Origin: a bacterium
GTDB lineage: Bacteria > Patescibacteriota > Gracilibacteria > BD1-5 > UBA2023
DNA: 28,300 nt
Direction: 5' to 3'
Assembly: GCA_035437565.1 (NCBI GenBank)
Contig: DAOMYL010000012.1
Span: forward strand, 1-28,300
Made by a program: the position numbers and the translations under genes. Positions within the stretch are counted from its first letter, which is position 1, and the number at the start of each line of letters is the position of its first letter. Shown piece after piece: positions 18,020-28,300 of the stretch. A model generated the notes under the pieces. That model was not told the DNA's origin. It did no database searches and saw nothing but the letters and a program-made list of their open reading frames with translations.

Positions 18020-18848
18020 ACTTGGCATTGCGGACAGAATCAAGTAGCGATGCGATTTTGATCCGTTCCTCCGAGTCCGGCTCAAGCGCGAGGATCTCGG
18101 CGGTCGTGAGAGTACGGACATCGCGACCGAATCGGCGTCCAAGCGTCGCGAAAATTGCATTGGGTCCATCTGTCGACAGCGGAAGCGGAACGACTCATGT
18201 CGGTGGCGAGTCGCTAACGCAAAGTGATTTTGTGACGGGAGGTCTCCTTGAAGTGAGTGCTATGGTCGCATAGAGCGCGATGAGCAGAAGACACAATGTC
18301 CCGAGCACGGGGAGCGCGTATTCCATTGTCGATACTGACTTCTTGGAATCGGAGAAGCTTATGAGATTCTCCGGGTCAGTATCAGACAAAGATGTTTTCG
18401 CCTCTGCGACAACGACAGAAATCGGATCTGACTGCATGATTTGCCCATTCTCATCTTCCACCACAACAGGACCGAGCGTGAACTGTCCAGATCTCATGGG
18501 GGCGAGTTCCAGATAATAGACCGTGTCGTAGGTGGGGACGCCCCGGAAATCCACGAAATCGTTTTGCTCTTCTCGCTCACTGAGCTCGTGAAATTGTTCG
18601 ATGCCTGGAATCTCGATGGAGAGTCCCTCGAATACGTCTCATCATTTCTGAACGATCGAGACCTCAAGTGTGAAGGACTCTCCCATCTCGATCCGATCAG
18701 CACTTGCACGAGCATCGAACTCGAACGTCACGGAGTCTGCCGACTCAACTCCATATTCTATTGGGTCGCTCACGGCAGATTCTTGGGCGTTCGCATGGGG
18801 CACAAGTACCCACGAAAGCACAACGAGAACAAGAAGATGTCGAAACAT
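18003..18848 (-). CDS. BatD-like / MoxR-operon-associated membrane protein (signal peptide, extracytoplasmic beta-rich domain, one TM, cytoplasmic tail); 4 UGA sense codons
   Basis: ATG 18848, TAA 18005..18003, 282 codons. In-frame TGAs at 18642-18644 and 18639-18641 (tandem), 18195-18197 and 18012-18014. The signal peptide is [21 protein letters not shown]. It continues ..[16 protein letters not shown][G*][G*][35 protein letters not shown]. The TM is [22 protein letters not shown], and the tail is ..[24 protein letters not shown][G*]RD. The family call comes from architecture and operon context, not a strong motif. Confidence 0.55.
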
Positions 18849-18857
18849 TCAAGGATC

Positions 18858-19445
18858 TTAGTTGATACCGAGGACGTATGCTGGCGGAATATTACGCCAG
18901 GTCTTTGAGAGCGTCCGTATTGGGAGTCAGTCGTAATATGGAATCATGACAGATGGAGCATACGTGAACATGCGGAATTTTGCTCCGGTTTCGGTATTTC
19001 GGCGTATCGAAGAGATCATTCTCGTGAGATCTGGCTTCGGAATGGCGGGAGTCGGGAGACCGCTCACGATCGCCCCAACCTCCCGGTCCGAGAGATTGTA
19101 GCGATCGAGGATTGGCTCCAGATTACCAGCGGAATCCTCTACCACGACCACGTTTGAGCGTTCGTGGTACTTGCCACGTAGATACTCAGCATAGTGCGGA
19201 TCGATTTCGATCGTGACGAGCATACACTCCTGGTGCATACGCGCAATGATCTCATCCGTAAATATTCCCGTTCCCGGACCAAATTCAACGATCAGGCGGG
19301 TTGAATCAAAATCAATGCCCTCCATCATGGCTCGAGCAAGATAGCGCGAACTCGGAGCTACCGCTCCCACCCGGAGTGGGTGGGAGAAATAGCGCGAGAG
19401 AAATTTCAACAGATCCGAGGAGCGAGCGCGTTTTTTTGTCGTCAT
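18858..19445 (-). CDS. Class I SAM-dependent methyltransferase (COG3963 / rRNA-adenine-dimethylase-like fold); 1 UGA sense codon
   Basis: ATG 19445, TAA 18860..18858, 196 codons. In-frame TGA at 18927-18929. It has HPLRVGAVAPSSRYLARAM and motif I LIVEFGPGTGIFT. The read-through tail is ..MIPYYD[G*]LPIRTLSKTWRNIPPAYVLGIN. The N-x-PPA-x-V ending is typical of this family and lies beyond the TGA. Confidence 0.7.
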
Positions 19446-19465
19446 GCGTCTTCGGGTTCGTGAGA

Positions 19466-23512
<4,047 letters not shown>

Positions 23513-23560
23513 TTGATGTCGGTTAGGCGAATTAGGCGGGAACGGGCAAGAGGAGGCTGA

Positions 23561-26500
23561 TTACTCCTCTTCCGTGACGGCAGCATCTACTGCGGGAGTG
23601 GTATCGGCTCGCACATCGGAGGCGAGAGCCTCGTTCTCGAGATCGAATTGTCCTTCCAGACGTCCAAGTTCGAGGTACCGTTCGAGCATTTCGCTCTCCA
23701 GAGTTTCGAGCTCCTGGGAGTCGAGAAGTTCCACCTTGAGGTTGAGTGCCTGCAACTCGCGCAGGAGGACATTGAACGATTCTGGGATATTCGGCCGCTT
23801 GATCGGCTTGCGCTTGACGATGGCTTCGTACGACTGGATACGTCCGTTGATGTCGTCGGACTTGATCGTGAGCATCTCCTGGAGAATATTGGCAGCACCG
23901 TATCCTTCGAGTGCCCAGACCTCCATTTCTCCGAGACGCTGTCCTCCGTTCTGAGCCTTACCTCCGAGTGGCTGCTGGGTGACCATGGAGTAGGGTCCGA
24001 CCGAGCGAGCATGGATTTTGTCCTCGACGAGGTGGTGGAGTTTGAGCATATACTTGATTCCCACCATGGTACGCTCCTTGAACGGTTCTCCGGTCTTACC
24101 ATCGAAGAGCTGAACCTTCCCGTCCGAGTCCATGCCGCACTCATTCATGAGCCGTGTGATAGTCTCGACTGGCACTCCGTTGAGGATGGGCGATGCCACC
24201 TTGATACCGAGCATGTTCGCCACGGCTCCGAGGTGGGTCTCCAGAATCTGTCCAATGTTCATGCGCGAAACGACTCCGAGCGGGTTCAGGATGATGTCTA
24301 CCGGCTGACCGTCAGCCATGAACGGCATATCCTCCGCAGGGACAATACGTGCCACTATTCCCTTGTTTCCATGGCGTCCAGCCATCTTGTCTCCGACTTC
24401 GATCTTGCGGGTCTGAGCGACGTAGACTTTTACCTGTTTGAATACTCCGGTCGGGAGGTTGTCGGCGTTCTCGCGCTTGAGCACGTGCACCTGAATAACC
24501 TTACCACCTGATCCCGAGGGCAACACGAGCGACGAATCCTTCACGTCCTTGGACTTGTCTCCGAAGATCGCGCGAAGCAGACGCTCTTCCGGCGAGAGCT
24601 CGATCTCCCCCTTCGGAGTGACCTTACCAACGAGGATGTCTCCCCCTTGTACATATGCCCCTATTCGGACAATACCTTCCTCATCGAGATCTTTGAGCTT
24701 TGCAGCCGAGACATTCGGAATATCGTAGGTGGTCTCTTCCGGGCCGAGCTTGGTCTCACGGACATCGAGTACGTACTCGGTAATATGGATCGAGGTGAAT
24801 GCATCATTCTCCACGAGTCGGGAATTGAGGATGATCGCATCCTCGAAGTTGTATCCTTCCCATGGCATGTAGGCAACACGGAGATTCTTTCCGAGGGCGA
24901 GTTCTCCGTTTTCAATGGATTGTCCATCCGCGAGTACCTGTCCCTTCATTATCTTATCCCCCGCAGAAATGCGCGGTGTCTGATGAATGAGCATATCGTG
25001 GTTCGATCGCTCGAAAGTCTTGAGCTCGTAGATCTCCTTTTTTCCACTCTTGTAAAGCAGGGAGATGTGTTTGGCATCGACTCCAATGACCTCTCCGTCT
25101 TCCTCTGCAAGGATGACGTATCCCGATCCTTCTCCGATGGCACGCTCCATACCAGTCCCAACGATCGGGGCTTCCGGACGCAAGAGCGGTACAGCCTGGC
25201 GCATCATGTTGGTTCCCATTTCCGCGCGGGTGGCAGCATCGTGCTCGATGAACGGGATGAGCGATGTGGTCTCGCTCATGATCTGCTTCGGCGAAACATC
25301 GATGTGCGTGACTTCTCCGACATAGGCGACGGTCGGCTCATTGGCACGGCGCGATCCGATGCGGGTGGAGATGAAGTTTCCGTATTCATCGAGCTCGGTA
25401 TTCGCCTCGGCGATGGTGAGCGATCGCTCGTCATAGGCTCCGTAGTAGTCGTATTCATCGGTAGTGAATCCGCGAACCATGATCGTATCAGCCTTGATGG
25501 ACTTCTGTATCTGCTTGGCAGCAGCCTCAGAAATATACTCCTTATCGGCGACAATTGTCTTCCCATCATCCCCAATGATATCATCGAGGGCGATACGGTT
25601 TACGGCCGAGGTTCCGTCATTCGGTACGCTATGTGCAATCTTTCGGTACGGTGTCTGGATGAATCCGTGCTCGTCGATCTTCGCGTAGGTCGAGAGGTGG
25701 AGTACCAGTCCGATATTCGGTCCTTCCGGCGTAGCGATAGGACAGATGCGTCCGTACTGCGTGGGGTGGACGTCGCGCACCTCGAAGCTCGCGCGCTCGC
25801 GCGTGAGTCCGCCGGGGCCGAGAGCCGTCACGCGTCGCTTATGTGCGATTTCCGAGACGGGGTTGGACTGATCCATAAACTGCGAGAGCTGGCTCGTACC
25901 GAAGAATTCCTTGAGTACGGCGATAATCGGCCGGGAGTTGATAAATGTTCCCGGCGTTGCCTCGGCGAGATTCACGATCGTCATGCGATCCTTCGCGATC
26001 TTTTCCATACGGGCGAGTCCCACCTTGATCTTGTCGTACACGAGCTCTCCCACGGAGCGCACGCGGCGGTTTTCGAGGTGGTCAATGTCGTCCCAATGGT
26101 GTCCATCCCGAGCTTCCATAAGCGAAAGCAGGTATCGGAGTCCATTGGCGAGATCCTCCTTGGAGAGGAAAGAGTCACGATTCTCGTCTTCAATATTCGT
26201 CTTCCCGAGCTTGCGGTCGATCTTCATGCGGGCCACCGCCCCGAGCTCAAACTTCTTCGCATCGAAAAACGTGGTCTGGAAAAGGTCGGCAACGCGCTCC
26301 TCGGTCCCGAGATCCCCCGGACGCAGGAGCTTGTAGATGGCGTGCATAGCCTCCATCTTGGTCTTGGCGCGATCCTTCTCGAGCGTGGGAGCAATGTACT
26401 TTGAGATGAAATCCGGTTCGTCCTTGAACAGCGCGATGATCTCGGCATCACTCTCATATCCGTAGGCGCGAAGCAAGACGGTGAAAGGAATCTTTCGCTT

Positions 26501-27079
26501 CTTGTCGATTTTTACATTGATGACACCTCGCCGCTCGATCTCCACCTCGAACCAGCTTCCCTTCTGCGGAACCATTTTCATGGCGAAAAATCCGGAGAAA
26601 CGAGAATCCGGCGTGAAGAAGATACCAGTAGAACGGATGATCTGACTGACAATGATACGCTCGACTCCATTGACGATGAAGGTCCCGCGTTCGGTCATGA
26701 GCGGCATTCCTCCCATATAGACGTCCTGTTCTTTTAGTTCGCCGGTCTCTTTGTTGAGCATCTCAAGACGTACCTTGAACGGTGCCTCGTAGTTGAGATT
26801 CTTACGCTTGCAGTCGAGAATATCGTACTTCGGCTCTTCGATCATGAGATCGAGGAACTTGATTTCGATTTTTTCTTCGGAGAAGTCATTGATCGGGAAT
26901 GTCTCGTCGAACGCTCGACGGAGTTTTCCATTGAGAAAATCCTTGTACGAGTTGATCTGGACTTCGATGAGTTCCGGAGTGGGAATGACTGACGTATCGT
27001 CCGTGAAAAAGTAGCGTCACTGCACATCGTAAAGTGCCCCTATCTCCTGCGGGGTTGGCAGCTTCTTCGCCCGGTTCAT
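23561..27079 (-). CDS. rpoB: DNA-directed RNA polymerase subunit beta; 1 UGA sense codon at codon 21
   Basis: ATG 27079..27077, TAA 23563..23561, 1173 codons. In-frame TGA at 27017-27019. The N-terminus restored by read-through is MNRAKKLPTPQEIGALYDVQ[G*]RYFFTDDTSVIPTPELIEVQINSYKDFL.., carrying the conserved L(I/V)EVQxxSYxxFL box. Downstream motifs include GDKMAGRHGNKGIVARI and PLGGKAQNGGQRLGEMEVWALEGYGAA. The track ORF starts at an internal Met (26845). Confidence 0.95.
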
Positions 27080-27167
27080 TGGCATGCGGGTAAGCGGAAA
27101 GTGAATATGCAAGAAAAGGCGCGGACCTTCCCCCTCAACACAATCGTGAGTCCGTCGCGATGGGCCA

Positions 27168-27195
27168 ATTGTATCGAAATTACCTCCTTTTGCAA
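27168..27195 (-). promoter_or_regulatory. Putative sigma70-type promoter upstream of rpoB
   Basis: On the - strand: TTGCAA (27195..27190), a 16-nt spacer, TACAAT (27173..27168). It sits about 85-90 nt upstream of ATG 27079, inside the only sizeable gap (177 nt) of the - strand gene string. This is a motif-level call. Confidence 0.35.
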
Positions 27196-27256
27196 ATCCG
27201 CTTTCACAGTTTCTTCGGTTTCTCTTCTCGGTCGTTGCGTATGTCGTCTCGGTGTG

Positions 27257-28300
27257 CTACCTATGGGCAATAAACGACTGCTTCCGGAAGAATCTCCACG
27301 CCGAAGCAAAGAGCGCGAATGCAAACATAATGATCAATGGAATGAGTCCTCCGAATCCACGGGCGGATGCCGATATATCCGGTCCGTCTGACGGAGCTTC
27401 ACCATCTCGTGCGACAGGCGTATCTGATACAGGGTCCTCGGACATGGCAGGATCGGTATTAGGACTTGATTCGCTGTTGGTGGTGTCATTCTCCTCGGAG
27501 GATGTAATCGGGAGAGGCTCAACGCTATCCGAGGACTCCGTCTCGACAGGAGCGTCTTGCGTATCGATCATCGGCACCGAATCCACTTCTCCCGAGGCAT
27601 CCATCCCGTCAGATCCAGCCATTTCGGAGTCGGTATCCGTTCGCGTGGGAGTGGCCGACTCTGGTGGTATGTACTGCCGGACAGGGAGGAGCACTTCTTC
27701 AATATGCGACTCGGGCTCTTCAACGAGAATCTCTGAGATGATGCGCCCATCGGGTGCTATGAGCCGATATGTGCCGTACGCGTGGATGTCGGACGGAAGC
27801 ACATACGATACAGAGAGTGTCCGGCCAGCCGAGAGAAAATCCCGTGGCTCAAATTTATGCAGTGTCACGGAATCTTTTTCGAGTTTCCACCCTTCGAGCG
27901 CGATACTATTTTTTTCGTTTTGGGAAAAATTCATAAACGAAGCGACTCGCGTCTTGGGATCAACGGAAAATGCGGCATGATCGGGGTAGTGTATTTCGTA
28001 GTCCTGCCGGTAGATAGGCGATTCGTTCGTGGGATCGGTGAACGCAAAATACAAAAACGGTGTGCTATGATCTATCCGAATCGTGCCCGTATAGGCGTAT
28101 GCATCCATCGGTGAGCCGTCCGGATCAAATGTATAGAAGAGTTTTGCGCTCGGATCAGAAGCTATCAGCCGAACATCGAACATCCGGTCATACACACCGG
28201 ACTCCACGGATGCAGAGATAGATATCGCCGCAGAAGCATGGAACGGCAACGAGAAAATAACACTAAGAAGAATGAGAAATGCGGAAGTTCTTTGGATCAT
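27257..28300 (-). CDS. Predicted cell-surface protein: signal peptide, chitobiase/hexosaminidase-C-like (FN3-associated) module, lamin-tail-like (LTD) module, acidic low-complexity stalk, C-terminal TM anchor
   Basis: The ATG is exactly at the window end (28300..28298). TAG 27259..27257, 347 aa. The signal peptide is MIQRTSAFLILLSVIFSLPFHASA. SGVYDRMFDVRLIASDPSAKLFYTFDPDGSP..YTGTIRID resembles the G-x-Y..V.L....IYYT.DGS.P module. NFSQNEKNSIALEGWKLEKDSVTLHKFEPRDFLSAGRTLSV resembles LTD. A D/E/S/T/P-rich segment follows, then the anchor GLIPLIIMFAFALFASAW-RFFRKQ. An upstream in-frame start outside the window cannot be excluded. Confidence 0.6.
   Translation of the reverse strand: MIQRTSAFLILLSVIFSLPFHASAAISISASVESGVYDRMFDVRLIASDPSAKLFYTFDPDGSPMDAYAYTGTIRIDHSTPFLYFAFTDPTNESPIYRQDYEIHYPDHAAFSVDPKTRVASFMNFSQNEKNSIALEGWKLEKDSVTLHKFEPRDFLSAGRTLSVSYVLPSDIHAYGTYRLIAPDGRIISEILVEEPESHIEEVLLPVRQYIPPESATPTRTDTDSEMAGSDGMDASGEVDSVPMIDTQDAPVETESSDSVEPLPITSSEENDTTNSESSPNTDPAMSEDPVSDTPVARDGEAPSDGPDISASARGFGGLIPLIIMFAFALFASAWRFFRKQSFIAHR

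Noticed and set aside
24647-26404. Long + strand ORFs antisense to rpoB, rpoC, secA/tig, lepB and the HAD gene (585 aa here; also 10644-11924, 21626-22558, 22589-23560, 7060-8004, 2752-3633)
   Set aside because: These are shadow ORFs opposite strongly supported genes. Their translations are low-complexity (rich in L/R/S/G/V/E), show no recognisable motifs and lack independent start signals.
27080-27256. A possible small RNA, tRNA, leader peptide or attenuator in the 177-nt gap upstream of rpoB, including an AAAGGAGGTAAT Shine-Dalgarno-like string
   Set aside because: No cloverleaf-compatible arms or convincing stem-loop plus U-tract were seen by eye. The SD-like string lies within the spacer of the putative promoter, and no start codon follows it at a workable distance. 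RNA folding or covariance-model searches were not possible here.

Overview
This is a compact, almost gap-free housekeeping region with 25 CDS. It has a short + strand block (1-2095), a - strand block (2092-5410), a + strand pair (5498-6282) and a 22-kb uninterrupted - strand string (6279-28300). That string carries truB, lepB, secA, tig, lspA, tyrS, clpP, prfA, a BatD-like/MoxR pair, rpoC and rpoB. The main result is that the supplied standard-code ORF track does not fit this organism. Thirteen of the 25 genes carry in-frame TGA codons, 29 in total. Each TGA continues in the same frame into the rest of the same protein, and several sit where the protein family has a conserved glycine. All 25 genes terminate with TAA or TAG. 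This is the signature of translation table 25 (UGA = Gly), known from the Candidatus Gracilibacteria / Absconditabacteria (SR1) lineages of the CPR/Patescibacteria. All coordinates below are given under that code. I saw no rRNA, tRNA, CRISPR array, transposase or recognisable defence system. Apart from the code change, the content is ordinary core information-processing and envelope genes, a few small accessory enzymes and one large predicted surface protein. Family assignments rest on motifs recognised by eye from the translations, not on computed alignments.
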